Source of the DNA: Bacilli bacterium
GTDB taxonomy: Bacteria > Bacillota_I > Bacilli_A > RF39 > UBA660
Direction of reading: 5' to 3'
Assembly: GCA_017887425.1 (NCBI GenBank)
Contig: JAGHHZ010000020.1
Span: 1 to 62,007 of the forward strand
Length of the DNA: 62,007 nt
Shown: positions 10,643 to 21,050 of the stretch, in pieces
Layout: every line of letters begins with the position of its first letter
How positions within the stretch are numbered: the first letter of the stretch is position 1
Translations under genes and position numbers: made by a program
The notes under the pieces: generated by a model
Databases searched by the model: none
Seen by the model: the letters and a program-made list of their open reading frames with translations, nothing else
What the model was told of the DNA's origin: nothing

Positions 10643-11512
10643 ATGAAAAAAGGATTTACATTAGCCGAATTATTAGGGGTTATTATTATATTAGGAGTTA
10701 TCGCTTTAATAACTCTTCCTATCGTAAATAGGAATATAAGAGAAAGTCAAGAACAATTATATGCTACCCAATTAGAAGAAATTGAATTAGCTGCTGAAAA
10801 ATGGGCCTATAAAAATGTCGATTTATTACCTATAAACGAAGGTGAAACCATAACAGTAACTTTACTAACTTTAAAAGAATCCGGTGACTTGCCATTAGAT
10901 GTAAGAGATCCTAGAACAGAAGAATTAATGCCTAATGATATGGTTGTCACAATTGAATTTACTAACAACACTTATACATTTACGGTTGATGCTGAAAGTG
11001 GTAGTAATGTAACTGACGAAGTCGATGAAAATTCTCCAATTATTATTTTAAATGGCAGTCATATTGAATTTGTCGAAATAAATAGTACTTATAATGAACA
11101 AGGTGCCAAGGCAAAAGATAGAAATGGTAATGTTTTAAACGACATAAATGTTACTTATCAAGAAAATGGAACAGAAATTCCTCATGTCGATACATCAAAA
11201 TTCACAACATATACAGCTATATATAGTGTGACAAACGATGGTTATACATCACACATTACTAGAACGATAATTGTAAGAGATACAACAGCTCCTGATTTAG
11301 TTATTCCTGATAATATCGATTTAACTGCTAGTCAATTAATTAATTTTGATGTAATGGAAGGTGTTTCAGTTACTGATAATAGTGGAGAAACTATCAATGT
11401 TACAACTAGTGGTTTTGATACAACGCCAAGTGATAAAATAGTTGAATACACAGCTTGTGATAGTCGTAACAATTGTGTTACTAAAAGAAGATTAATTAAA
11501 ATTGTTGAGTAA
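10643..11512 (+). CDS. Type IV pilin-like protein with Ig-like (DUF5011-type) domains
   Basis: KKG|FTLAELLGVIIILG prepilin motif with Glu5; PIIILNG...GAKAKD and DTTAP Ig-repeat motifs. Confidence 0.88.
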   Translation: MKKGFTLAELLGVIIILGVIALITLPIVNRNIRESQEQLYATQLEEIELAAEKWAYKNVDLLPINEGETITVTLLTLKESGDLPLDVRDPRTEELMPNDMVVTIEFTNNTYTFTVDAESGSNVTDEVDENSPIIILNGSHIEFVEINSTYNEQGAKAKDRNGNVLNDINVTYQENGTEIPHVDTSKFTTYTAIYSVTNDGYTSHITRTIIVRDTTAPDLVIPDNIDLTASQLINFDVMEGVSVTDNSGETINVTTSGFDTTPSDKIVEYTACDSRNNCVTKRRLIKIVE

Positions 11513-11516
11513 AAAT

Positions 11517-11918
11517 ATGAAACATGAAAAAGCTTGTGGAACAATTGTTATTAATGATAATAAAGTTTTAGTTATTCAACAAAAACAAGGATTTTGGGGA
11601 TTTCCTAAAGGTCACATGGAGCAAGGAGAAAATGAAATAGAAACAGCTATTAGAGAAACAAAAGAAGAAACTAATTTGGATGTAATTATTGAAGATAAAA
11701 CTCGTTTTTGTTTAACTTATGTTATTGAAGATAAAAATATCCATAAAGAAGTTGTTTATTTTGTGGCTAAAGTTGATGGTAAAGTAGATATAAAACCTCA
11801 AATAGAAGAAGTAAATAGTATTGCTTGGATTGATATTGCTAAAGTAGAAGATATTTTAACTTTTGATAATCTTAAAGAATTGTGGGAAAGAATATTAAAT
11901 CATATTAAGACCAACTAA
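11517..11918 (+). CDS. NUDIX hydrolase (Ap4A hydrolase-like)
   Basis: WGFPKGHMEQGENEIETAIRETKEET Nudix box. Confidence 0.9.
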   Translation: MKHEKACGTIVINDNKVLVIQQKQGFWGFPKGHMEQGENEIETAIRETKEETNLDVIIEDKTRFCLTYVIEDKNIHKEVVYFVAKVDGKVDIKPQIEEVNSIAWIDIAKVEDILTFDNLKELWERILNHIKTN

Positions 11919-11966
11919 TTTGGTCTTTTTCTTTTGCAAAACACATATAATTACATGGGTGATTAT

Positions 11967-12746
11967 ATGAATTTTGATATAGGCGATTTAGTCACAAGAA
12001 AATCATACAATAATGATACTGTTTTTGTTATAACTGATATTATCGATAATATTTATTATTTAAAAGGTTTAAATGTTAGATTATATGCTGATAGTGACAA
12101 AGAAGACTTAGTTAAATTTGATAGTGTCGATGAAGAAGATAAAGAATTCGAAGAAAGAGTAAAACCAGATATCAATTTAAATAGAGATGACTATTTTTAT
12201 TTACCTGGCAAAATATTACATATAGATAGTGATCTAGATTATTTAAATCGTTGTTTAAATTATTATAAAGAAGCTAATATTTGGGCAGTAGGAATAAACG
12301 AAAATGAAGAAAATATTCCATTATACATAAGAGATTGGTTAGAAGAATATAATCCTAATATTATTGTTATAACTGGTCATGATGCTTATTATAAAAAGAA
12401 GGGTACACAAGATAATATCAATGCTTATAAGAATAGCGCTAATTTTGTTAAAGCAATTCAAGAAGCTAGAAAATTTGAAAAGAACCATGATAAATTAATT
12501 ATTATTGCTGGAGCTTGTCAATCAGATTACGAAGAGTTAATTAAAGCAGGAGCTAACTTTGCTAGTTCTCCAAAAAGAGTAAATATTCATGCTTTGGATC
12601 CGGCTATAATTGCTACTAAAATGAGTTTATCTGATGTTAATCATGATATAGATTTAAAAGGAATTATTGAAAAAACAAAATATGGAAAAAATGGTATTGG
12701 GGGAGTTATTACTAAAGGAACAATGTATACGGGGTATCCAAGATGA
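11967..12746 (+). CDS. yabG: Sporulation peptidase YabG
   Basis: VTRKSYNND, LPGKILHIDSD, ITGHD, AGACQS, GANFASSP. Confidence 0.92.
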   Translation: MNFDIGDLVTRKSYNNDTVFVITDIIDNIYYLKGLNVRLYADSDKEDLVKFDSVDEEDKEFEERVKPDINLNRDDYFYLPGKILHIDSDLDYLNRCLNYYKEANIWAVGINENEENIPLYIRDWLEEYNPNIIVITGHDAYYKKKGTQDNINAYKNSANFVKAIQEARKFEKNHDKLIIIAGACQSDYEELIKAGANFASSPKRVNIHALDPAIIATKMSLSDVNHDIDLKGIIEKTKYGKNGIGGVITKGTMYTGYPR

Positions 12747-12952
12747 TTGGAGAAGTTAGAAGTAAATTAAATGATTATGTCGGTCAAAAGGTAACAATTA
12801 AATATAATTTAGGAAGAAATAAATATGAAAAATATCACGTCACCATCAAAGAATTATATGAAAATGTTTTTTTAGTTGAATTAAATAATAATGCGAAAAA
12901 GTCTTTCACTTATACTGATATAATAACTAAAACAATAAAAATCGATTATTAG
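12743..12952 (+). CDS. veg: Veg family protein
   Basis: GQKV...NLGRNK...SFTYTDIIT; follows yabG as in Bacillus. Confidence 0.85.
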   Translation: MIGEVRSKLNDYVGQKVTIKYNLGRNKYEKYHVTIKELYENVFLVELNNNAKKSFTYTDIITKTIKIDY

Positions 12953-12963
12953 TTTTATAAAAA

Positions 12964-12996
12964 TTAAGTAAGATTTAAGTAAGATTTAAGTAAGAT
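12964..12996. repeat. Three tandem copies of an 11-bp unit
   Basis: TTAAGTAAGAT at 12964, 12975 and 12986, just upstream of the Fic promoter region. Confidence 0.9.
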
Positions 12997-13056
12997 AATC
13001 TTGAAAAAAAGTGGCTAAAATGATATAATATTAACATATTAAAGAGGTGACAAATT

Positions 13057-14055
13057 ATGAGTAATTATATACCACCATTTGAAATAACTAATGATATGTT
13101 AAGTTCAGTTTCAGATATAATGGAAAAAATAGGAAGATTAGATAACACATTGAATTTAGATAAGAATCCAAGATTAAGAAAGCAAAATAGAATTAATTCG
13201 ATTCATTCTTCATTAGCAATAGAAAATAATAAATTAAGTTATGAACAAGTTGTAGATGTAATTAACGATAAACTTGTTATGGGACCTCAAAAGGAAATTC
13301 AAGAAGTTAAAAATGCTTATAACGCATATAATATGCTTACTAAAATGAATCCATATTCTTTAGAAGATTTAAAAAAGATACATGGTATAATGACTTTTTT
13401 AACAGTTGAAGATTCTGGAGAATTTAGAAAAGGTTCTGAAGGTGTATTTGATGGTGATAAATGTATTTTCATTTGCCCACCAGCTGATCGAGTGAATCAA
13501 CTTATGATAGATTTATTTACTTGGATGAAAGACAATAAAGATAATATTCATCCTTTAATATTGTCAAGCATTTTTCATTATGAATTTGTATTTATTCATC
13601 CTTTTAGTGACGGAAATGGAAGAATAGCAAGATTGTGGCAAAATATTATATTGTATAATTGGAAAAGTGTCTTTGAATATTTACCGATGGAATCAAGAAT
13701 TCACAAATATCAAGAAGAATATTATGATGCTATTGCTAAATGTCATAAAAATGGTAATTCAAATATTTTTATTGAGTTTATGTTAAAGATGATTAATGAA
13801 ACTTTAGATGATGTGTCTATAAATTCTTTGGAGTCAATGGATAATATTACTATTAATATGAATAAACTACTATCTGTAATGAAGATAAATAAGCCTATGA
13901 CTGCAAAAGAAATAATGGCTAAATTAAATATAAAATCTAAAGAAACATTAAGAAATACATACTTAGATCCGGCAATAGAGGCGGGGTATGTTAAATTAAC
14001 TATACCCGATAAGCCAACAAGTAAAAATCAAATGTATTATAAAACTAATAACTAA
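13057..14055 (+). CDS. Class II-type Fic protein with C-terminal HTH-like domain
   Basis: HPFSDGNGRIAR; N-terminal inhibitory-type SLAIEN; C-terminal PDKPTSKNQMY. Confidence 0.92.
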   Translation: MSNYIPPFEITNDMLSSVSDIMEKIGRLDNTLNLDKNPRLRKQNRINSIHSSLAIENNKLSYEQVVDVINDKLVMGPQKEIQEVKNAYNAYNMLTKMNPYSLEDLKKIHGIMTFLTVEDSGEFRKGSEGVFDGDKCIFICPPADRVNQLMIDLFTWMKDNKDNIHPLILSSIFHYEFVFIHPFSDGNGRIARLWQNIILYNWKSVFEYLPMESRIHKYQEEYYDAIAKCHKNGNSNIFIEFMLKMINETLDDVSINSLESMDNITINMNKLLSVMKINKPMTAKEIMAKLNIKSKETLRNTYLDPAIEAGYVKLTIPDKPTSKNQMYYKTNN

Positions 14056-14141
14056 AACAATAAAAATCGATTATTAAACTATTGCATTTTTAAAAAAAAT
14101 AGTTTATACTTAAATTGTAATACTGAAGGGAGAGGTTTTTA

Positions 14142-14399
14142 ATGGAAATTACATCAGTTACAGTTCGTAAAGAAGAAAAAGAAAATTCAAGAATGAGAGG
14201 AAAAGCATCAGTTCTAATTGATGATTGCTTTGCAATTCATGATATTAGAATTATCGAAGGTAATGATGGTTTATTCATAGCTATGCCTAGCCGTCAAAAA
14301 GCTAATGGGGAATATCGTGATATAGCTCATCCAATTAACCAAGAAACTCGTAAGATGTTCCAAGATAAAATTTTAGAAGCTTACAAAAATGCTGAATAA
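14142..14399 (+). CDS. spoVG: Septation regulator SpoVG
   Basis: IHDIRIIEGNDGLFIAMPS, YRDIAHPIN; TTGCAT-N17-TATACT upstream. Confidence 0.95.
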   Translation: MEITSVTVRKEEKENSRMRGKASVLIDDCFAIHDIRIIEGNDGLFIAMPSRQKANGEYRDIAHPINQETRKMFQDKILEAYKNAE

Positions 14400-14434
14400 A
14401 GCATTTTTTTTGATATAATATTGGTGGTGATTTG

Positions 14435-15256
14435 ATGAAAACATTAATTATACCTTCTAATTTAAAGCAAGTTAAATTAAATTGTGATGGGGTTATTATT
14501 GGTATTAAAGGATTAAGTATCAATATGCCTACCTATTTTGAATTAGAGGATTTAAAAAATATCAACAAAGAAATATTTGTCTGTTTAAATAAAAACATGC
14601 ATAATGAAGATATCGCTTTATTAAAAGATACTTTAATTAAGCTAAATGACTATAATATTAAAGGTGTAATATTTTATGATTTAGCTATTCCTAATTTAGC
14701 TAAAAAGTTAAATCTAAACTATGATTTAGTTTGGAGTCAGGAACATATGACAAATAACTATTACACTATTAATTTTTGGTATGAACAAGGAATTAAATAT
14801 ACTTGGGTATCTAACGATATAACATTAAGAGAAATGCAAGAAATAAAAGAAAATACTAAAGCTAAATTAATGGTAACTTTATTTGGTTATCTACCTATTT
14901 TCGCATCTCAAAGACATTTGGTTAAAAATTATTTAAAAACATTCAATTTAAGTGATAATTCTAAAATAAATTATATGGAAAAAGAAGGGAAAACATATCC
15001 TTTAATTGATGATGAGCATACCGTTGTCTATACTGATTTTGTTTTAAATGGTTTAAAAGAAAAATTAATTTTAAACTATGACTATATCGTTTTAAATAGT
15101 TTTTTAATTGAAGATGATAAGTTTAAGAAAGTTTTAAATATATTTAATAGCGTTAATGAAGAAAATATTGATAAAAAAGAAGAAGAATTAAATGAATTAT
15201 TTGATAACTTAAAGAAAGGCTTTTTCTATAATGAAACTGTTTATAAGGTGAAGTAA
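14435..15256 (+). CDS. Peptidase U32 family protein, short subunit (TrhP1/YrrN-like)
   Basis: GVIFYD and WSQEHM motifs; overlaps the second U32 gene. Confidence 0.75.
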   Translation: MKTLIIPSNLKQVKLNCDGVIIGIKGLSINMPTYFELEDLKNINKEIFVCLNKNMHNEDIALLKDTLIKLNDYNIKGVIFYDLAIPNLAKKLNLNYDLVWSQEHMTNNYYTINFWYEQGIKYTWVSNDITLREMQEIKENTKAKLMVTLFGYLPIFASQRHLVKNYLKTFNLSDNSKINYMEKEGKTYPLIDDEHTVVYTDFVLNGLKEKLILNYDYIVLNSFLIEDDKFKKVLNIFNSVNEENIDKKEEELNELFDNLKKGFFYNETVYKVK

Positions 15257-16440
15257 TGAAACCAGAATTATTAGCTCCAGCCGGAGATTTAGAAAGATTA
15301 AAAGTAGCTTGTTTATATGGTGCTGATGCTGTTTATATTGGTGGTGCTTTATTCGGATTAAGAGCTAATGCTACCAACTTTACAATCGATGAGATAAAAG
15401 AAGGGGTAGAATTCGCTCATAATTTAAATAAAAAAGTTTATGTAACAGTCAATATAGTATTACACAATAAAGAAGTTAAATTTTTAATTGATTATTTAAA
15501 ACAATTAGATGAAATTGGTGTCGATGCGATTATTGTAAGTGACCCAACTGTTTTAGATTTAGCTAAAAAAAATACTAATTTAGAAGTTCATATTTCAACG
15601 CAGCAATCAACTTTAAACTATGAAGCAGTTGAATATTTAAAAGGTTTAGGAGCGACAAGAGTTGTCTTAGGTAGAGAAACAAGTAAAGAAGAAATCAAAG
15701 AAATTCAAAAAGTTGGCTTAGAAGTCGAAATATTTATTCATGGGGCGATGTGTGCTAGTTTTAGTGGTCGATGTGTATTATCTAATTACTTGACTAATCG
15801 CGATGCAAATCGCGGTGGTTGTAGTCAAATTTGTCGTTGGGATTTTGACCTATTAGATGAAAGTAAAAATCATTTAAAAGGCGATAAAAATTTTACTTTT
15901 TGTTCTAAAGATTTATCTTTATTAAAACATATTAAAGAAATTTGTGAAATGGGCGTTACTTCATTAAAAATCGAAGGAAGAATGCGTTCAATTTATTACA
16001 TTGCAACAGTTGTAAGTATTTATCGTAAAGCAATAGACGATGTATATAATAAAAAATATGTATACAATTCTAGATATGAGAATATACTATCAAGGGTAGC
16101 TAATAGAGATAGCATTGTTCAATTTTTCGACGGTAATTATTCTGAAATTTGTAGTTATTATAACGATCGAATTGAAGTTTCAAATCAAGACTTTTTAGGT
16201 GTTGTTATAGATTACGATGAAAAAACTAAAATAGCGACAATTGAACAACGTAATTATTTTAAAAAAGGTGATATTGTTGAGTTTTTTGGCCCTAATAATA
16301 TTGGAACAACTTATCAAATAAACGAAATATATGATACCGATAATAACTTGATTGATATTGTTAGACATCCTAAACAAATCGTTTATTTAAAAGTTGATTT
16401 TCCTTTGAATATTAATGATATGATGCGAATAAAAATTTAG
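15256..16440 (+). CDS. Peptidase U32 family protein (TrhP2/YrrO-like tRNA hydroxylation)
   Basis: PELLAPAG, HGAMCASFSGRC, NRGGCSQICRW, SLKIEGRMRS. Confidence 0.9.
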   Translation: MKPELLAPAGDLERLKVACLYGADAVYIGGALFGLRANATNFTIDEIKEGVEFAHNLNKKVYVTVNIVLHNKEVKFLIDYLKQLDEIGVDAIIVSDPTVLDLAKKNTNLEVHISTQQSTLNYEAVEYLKGLGATRVVLGRETSKEEIKEIQKVGLEVEIFIHGAMCASFSGRCVLSNYLTNRDANRGGCSQICRWDFDLLDESKNHLKGDKNFTFCSKDLSLLKHIKEICEMGVTSLKIEGRMRSIYYIATVVSIYRKAIDDVYNKKYVYNSRYENILSRVANRDSIVQFFDGNYSEICSYYNDRIEVSNQDFLGVVIDYDEKTKIATIEQRNYFKKGDIVEFFGPNNIGTTYQINEIYDTDNNLIDIVRHPKQIVYLKVDFPLNINDMMRIKI

Positions 16441-16502
16441 TATTGACAAAAGTTCAAAATTGTAGTATTATTTTCTAGATTTAAATTAGTGAGGTGAACA
16501 AA

Positions 16503-16970
16503 ATGTCAAATAAAGAAGTCTATGTTACTAGTAATGGTTTAGAAGAAATGAAAAATGAATTAGACCATTTAATTAATGTTAGACGTCCAGAAGTTATCAA
16601 TGCTTTAAAAGAAGCTAGAGCCTTAGGTGACTTATCAGAAAACGCCGAATATGATGCAGCAAGAAACGACCAAGCAGTCGTAGAAAATAGAATTAAAGAA
16701 CTAGAAGTATTAATTGAAAATGCTAAAGTAATCGATGATGTTTCAACTGATAAAGTAACAATTGGAACAAATATAAAAATAGAATATGTTGAAGATGGAG
16801 ATGTCGAAACATATACAATTGTTGGAAGCACCGAAGCTGATCCATTTGAAAACAAAATATCTAATGAATCACCAATTGCTCAAGCTATTTTAGGACTAAA
16901 AGTAGGCGATATCGCTTCTGTTGAAAGTCCTAATGGTAAATATGACGTTAAAATAGTCGAGATTTTTTAA
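16503..16970 (+). CDS. greA: Transcription elongation factor GreA
   Basis: EARALGDLSENAEYDAA, ISNESPIA; TTGACA-N17-TATTAT at 16443-16471. Confidence 0.96.
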   Translation: MSNKEVYVTSNGLEEMKNELDHLINVRRPEVINALKEARALGDLSENAEYDAARNDQAVVENRIKELEVLIENAKVIDDVSTDKVTIGTNIKIEYVEDGDVETYTIVGSTEADPFENKISNESPIAQAILGLKVGDIASVESPNGKYDVKIVEIF

Positions 16971-17063
16971 AACATCTATTTTAAAGATGTTTTTTTTAAA
17001 ATAGCTTGAAAATAAAACTTAAATATTATATACTAGTTAATGAACTTTGAAGGAGGATAATAA

Positions 17064-18299
17064 ATGAAAGAAGTTGTAATTAAAATTGAAGGTGAAGATT
17101 GGAAAAAAGCTTTAGATAAAGCATTTAAAAAATTAAATAAAGAAGCTAAAATAGATGGTTTTAGACCTGGTAAAGCACCTAAAGAAGTTTATATCAAAAA
17201 ATATGGTATGACTAGTCTTTATATGGAAGCGGCTGAATCTTGTTTAAATGAAGCTTATGAGATGATGTTAAAAGAAAATGGTGATGATGTAATTGTTGCA
17301 CAACCAGAAATTAATCTTAGTGCTGTAACTGATGACTATGTTGAATTTAAATTTAACTTAACTTTAAAACCAGAAGTTAAATTAGGTAAATATAAAGGTT
17401 TAGATGTTAAAAAAGATACTGTTAAAGTAACTAAAAAAGAAGTTAGTGAAGCTATTGAACAAATGCGTCAAAGATATATTGAAAATATCGATAAAGAAGG
17501 AAAAGTTGCGAATGGCGATGTTGCTATCATCGATTTTGAAGGATTTAAAGATGGTGTTGCTTTCGATGGTGGCAAAGGTGAAGATTATTCATTAAAAATC
17601 GGTAGTAATACATTTATTCCAGGATTCGAAGAAAAAATTATCGGTATGGAAAAAGGCGAAGAAAAAGATATTAATTTAACTTTCCCTGAAGATTACCACG
17701 CTGAAGATTTAAAAGGAAAAGATGTTGTATTTAAAGTAAAAGTTAAAGAAATTAAAGAACAAAAATTACCAGAATTAGATAAAGATTTCTTCTTGGATTT
17801 AGGAATGGAAGGAATTGAAACTAAAGAAGATTTAGAAAAACAATTAGAAGAAAATATTAAGGTAAGAAAAGAAGCTGAAGCTGATAATAAATATATCGAT
17901 GACTTATTAGCTGAAGTTGCTAAAAACACTAAAATCGATATTCCTGAAGCTATGATTGAAGAAGAAATTGACCGTATTTTAAAACAATACGAAGAAAATT
18001 TAAAAATGCAAGGAATCACTTTAGAAATGTTCTATCAATTTACAAATAGTGATGAACAAGCATTAAGAGATCAAATGCAAGAAGAAGCAAAAAACCGTGT
18101 TACTTATCGTTTAATTTTAGAAGAAATTGCTAAAGAAGAAAAAATTGAAGTAACTGATGAAGATGCTGAAACAGAAGCAACTAATTTAGCTACTAGATAT
18201 CAAATGGATAAAGATGAATTCTTAAAACTATTTGGTGGTCTAGATATGGTTAAATATGATTTAAAAATGCGTCAAGCTTTAGAAGTTCTAAAAAAATAG
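17064..18299 (+). CDS. tig: Trigger factor
   Basis: GFRPGKAP, FKBP domain IGSNTFIPGFEE. Confidence 0.96.
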   Translation: MKEVVIKIEGEDWKKALDKAFKKLNKEAKIDGFRPGKAPKEVYIKKYGMTSLYMEAAESCLNEAYEMMLKENGDDVIVAQPEINLSAVTDDYVEFKFNLTLKPEVKLGKYKGLDVKKDTVKVTKKEVSEAIEQMRQRYIENIDKEGKVANGDVAIIDFEGFKDGVAFDGGKGEDYSLKIGSNTFIPGFEEKIIGMEKGEEKDINLTFPEDYHAEDLKGKDVVFKVKVKEIKEQKLPELDKDFFLDLGMEGIETKEDLEKQLEENIKVRKEAEADNKYIDDLLAEVAKNTKIDIPEAMIEEEIDRILKQYEENLKMQGITLEMFYQFTNSDEQALRDQMQEEAKNRVTYRLILEEIAKEEKIEVTDEDAETEATNLATRYQMDKDEFLKLFGGLDMVKYDLKMRQALEVLKK

Positions 18300-18333
18300 A
18301 ACTTTTTTTGTTATAATATTACTAGGTGATTTT

Positions 18334-18861
18334 ATGCGAGTAATAAGTGGCAAATACAAAGGAAAAGTTTTAGAAGGATTTAATATTAAAGGAACAAGAC
18401 CAACGATGGATCGAGTCAAAGAATCGATGTTTGCTAGTATTCAAAATTATTTGAAAGATGCAATTTGTTTAGACTTATTTGCTGGAAGTGGCAGTTTAGG
18501 AATTGAAGCCTTAAGTAATGGTGCCAAAAAATGCTATTTTGTCGATAATAATTCAGTTGCTATTGATAAAATTAAAAGAAACACTTTAGAAATCGACAAT
18601 AAAGAAATAATAAAAAGCGATTGCTTTAAAGCCTTATTAGATTTTAAAGATAAAGTTAAATTTGATATTATTTTATTAGATCCACCATATCATGATAATT
18701 TATTAAATAGAGTTTTAGAAAAAATAACGGAATATGACTTACTAAATGAAAATGGTATTATCGTTTGTGAACTAGAAGAAGATGTTTTAGACACCAAACT
18801 AACTTTACTTAAAGAAAAAAAATATGGTAGTAAAAAAGTTAAAATATTCACTCAAAAGTAA
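18334..18861 (+). CDS. rsmD: 16S rRNA m2G966 methyltransferase
   Basis: MRVISGKYKG, TRPT.DRVKE, LDLFAGSG, DPPY. Confidence 0.93.
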   Translation: MRVISGKYKGKVLEGFNIKGTRPTMDRVKESMFASIQNYLKDAICLDLFAGSGSLGIEALSNGAKKCYFVDNNSVAIDKIKRNTLEIDNKEIIKSDCFKALLDFKDKVKFDIILLDPPYHDNLLNRVLEKITEYDLLNENGIIVCELEEDVLDTKLTLLKEKKYGSKKVKIFTQK

Positions 18862-19001
18862 CGTAAATAAAACGTAAAAATTAAAAATTATGGTAACTAT
18901 AAATTAAAAAATGAAAGAAATTTCATTTTTTTTTAATTTTTTTCAAAAATAAAAAGGAAATCATCAACTTTTCGCCTATATAACTAGTAGGGAGGTAAAA
19001 A

Positions 19002-21050
19002 ATGTTTAAAAGAAATTTAATTAGACAAGATGGTTTTAAAGATTGTGGTCCGACATGTTTATCGATGATAATAAAACATTATAAAGGTTATATCGATATT
19101 AACGAACTAAAAGAAATGTGTAAGACCGATAAAAATGGAACAACTGCTTACCATTTAATTGAAACAGCTAAAAAATGTGGTTTTGAAAGTTATGGTGTTA
19201 AATGTAATCTAGAAGATATTAATAAAAATAATATTATCTTACCTTGTATAGCTCATGTAATATTAAATAACTCCTACAAACATTATGTTGTAATAAAAAA
19301 AATCGATTATAAAAAGAAAAAAATAACTGTATATGATCCAATAGGAACTATTAAAACGTATACATATGAAAACTTCCAAAAAATATTTAGTAATATAATC
19401 ATTCTTTTGTACCCTATTAAAGTTATCAAAAATATCCCCAATAACTCAATAAAAAAATTTATTTTAGAAATAACAAAAACCTCAACAAAACAATTAATTC
19501 AAATTATAATTATTTCGATTTTTATTACATTATTTTCCATTATAATTTCATTTTATCTGCAATACATGGTCGACAATGTTAATAATCAAGGAAAAATTTA
19601 TTTTATTTTCACGTTATTTTTAATTATTTATATTATGAAAATAATTTCTGACTTTCTAAGAAACAAAATCATTATTTTAGTTAATCAAAAAATCGATTTT
19701 AATCTTAATTATAATAGCTTTAAACAAATCATAAATCTCCCTTATTGTTACTACAAAAATAATACGACAGGTGAAATCATATCCAAAATAAATGATCTCG
19801 ATGTTGTACGACAAGTTATCAGTAAAGTTGCTATAAGTATCTTTATTGATTTACCGCTCACTTTATTATCTTTAATTATTATGTATATTTTAAATGAAAA
19901 GTTATTTATTATAAGTTTAATAATAATGCTCTTATATTGGTTGGTTTTAATACTATTTAGAAATCCTTTAAACGAAAAAATTGAGGATACAACTTTGGCC
20001 AAAGCCGACACTACTTCCTACATGGTCGAAAGAATTAATGGATATGAGACGTTAAAAGGTTGTAATAAAGAACATATAGCTCTTAAAAAATTTGAAGACA
20101 AATATGCTGCACTTTCTAATAAAATATACGATTTAGATAATTGTTATAATTATCAATTACTATTAAAAGAAATAATCAATGATTTAGGATTTATTTTTAT
20201 TATACTAATCGGTATTCTTTTAGTTAAAGATAATATTATAACAATTGGACAACTATTATCTTTTAACTCTTTATTAGTTTATTTTCTAACTCCGATTCGT
20301 AATATTATCGATTTAGATGATAGTATCAAACAATCTAAAATAGCTGTTAAAAAAATACTAAATTTATATTACGACAAAAAAGAAAATGGTATTTTAGATA
20401 AAAAGATGAAAGGAGAAATTATTTTTAAAAATTTAAGTTATACTTTTAATGATACAAGAAATGTTTTAGAAAACATTAATTTAAAGATAAACCAAAATAG
20501 TAAAGTTATGGTAATAGGTGAAAGTGGTAGTGGGAAAAGTACTTTATTTAAAATATTAAAAAAATACTATACGGTTCCCAGAGATAAAGTTTATATTGAT
20601 AATGTCGATATAAATGATTATCAAAAAAGCAATATTGTCTATGTTTCCCAAAATGAGATTTTATTTACAGATACGATTTCAAACAATATTGATAGTGACA
20701 ATATTATTGATATATCCAAAATATGTTTAATTGACGAAATAGTTAAAAATAATCAATTAGGTTATAATATGTTAATTGAAGAAAATGGCTTTAACCTATC
20801 AGGTGGTGAGCGACAAAGAATTATTTTAGCGCGTGCTTTAGCTAACGAATTTGATATTCTTATTATCGATGAAGGATTAAGTCAAGTTGATATTAATATG
20901 GAAAGAAAAATACTTAAAAATTTATTTGAAAATTATAATGATAAAACGATTATATTTATTTCTCATCGTCTAGAAAATATGGATTTATTTAACCAAGTAA
21001 TAAAATTAAAGAAAGGAAGAATAAGTGATGACTTATCCAAAAATATATAA
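19002..21050 (+). CDS. Peptidase C39-containing ABC transporter (double-glycine peptide exporter)
   Basis: QDGFKDCG (catalytic Cys), HYVV, VYDP; GESGSGKST; LSGGERQR; Walker B reads IIDE. Confidence 0.93.
   Translation: MFKRNLIRQDGFKDCGPTCLSMIIKHYKGYIDINELKEMCKTDKNGTTAYHLIETAKKCGFESYGVKCNLEDINKNNIILPCIAHVILNNSYKHYVVIKKIDYKKKKITVYDPIGTIKTYTYENFQKIFSNIIILLYPIKVIKNIPNNSIKKFILEITKTSTKQLIQIIIISIFITLFSIIISFYLQYMVDNVNNQGKIYFIFTLFLIIYIMKIISDFLRNKIIILVNQKIDFNLNYNSFKQIINLPYCYYKNNTTGEIISKINDLDVVRQVISKVAISIFIDLPLTLLSLIIMYILNEKLFIISLIIMLLYWLVLILFRNPLNEKIEDTTLAKADTTSYMVERINGYETLKGCNKEHIALKKFEDKYAALSNKIYDLDNCYNYQLLLKEIINDLGFIFIILIGILLVKDNIITIGQLLSFNSLLVYFLTPIRNIIDLDDSIKQSKIAVKKILNLYYDKKENGILDKKMKGEIIFKNLSYTFNDTRNVLENINLKINQNSKVMVIGESGSGKSTLFKILKKYYTVPRDKVYIDNVDINDYQKSNIVYVSQNEILFTDTISNNIDSDNIIDISKICLIDEIVKNNQLGYNMLIEENGFNLSGGERQRIILARALANEFDILIIDEGLSQVDINMERKILKNLFENYNDKTIIFISHRLENMDLFNQVIKLKKGRISDDLSKNI

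Larger units (their letters stand above)
12921..14076. mobile_element. Fic-gene islet bounded by a perfect 31-bp direct repeat
   Basis: TAATAACTAAAACAATAAAAATCGATTATTA at 12921-12951 (3' end of veg) and 14046-14076. Confidence 0.75.

Noticed and set aside
18860-18878. AACGTAAA twice upstream of the C39 transporter as a response-regulator site
   Set aside because: Overlaps the rsmD stop and lies upstream of its terminator hairpin; spacing does not fit LytTR-type sites
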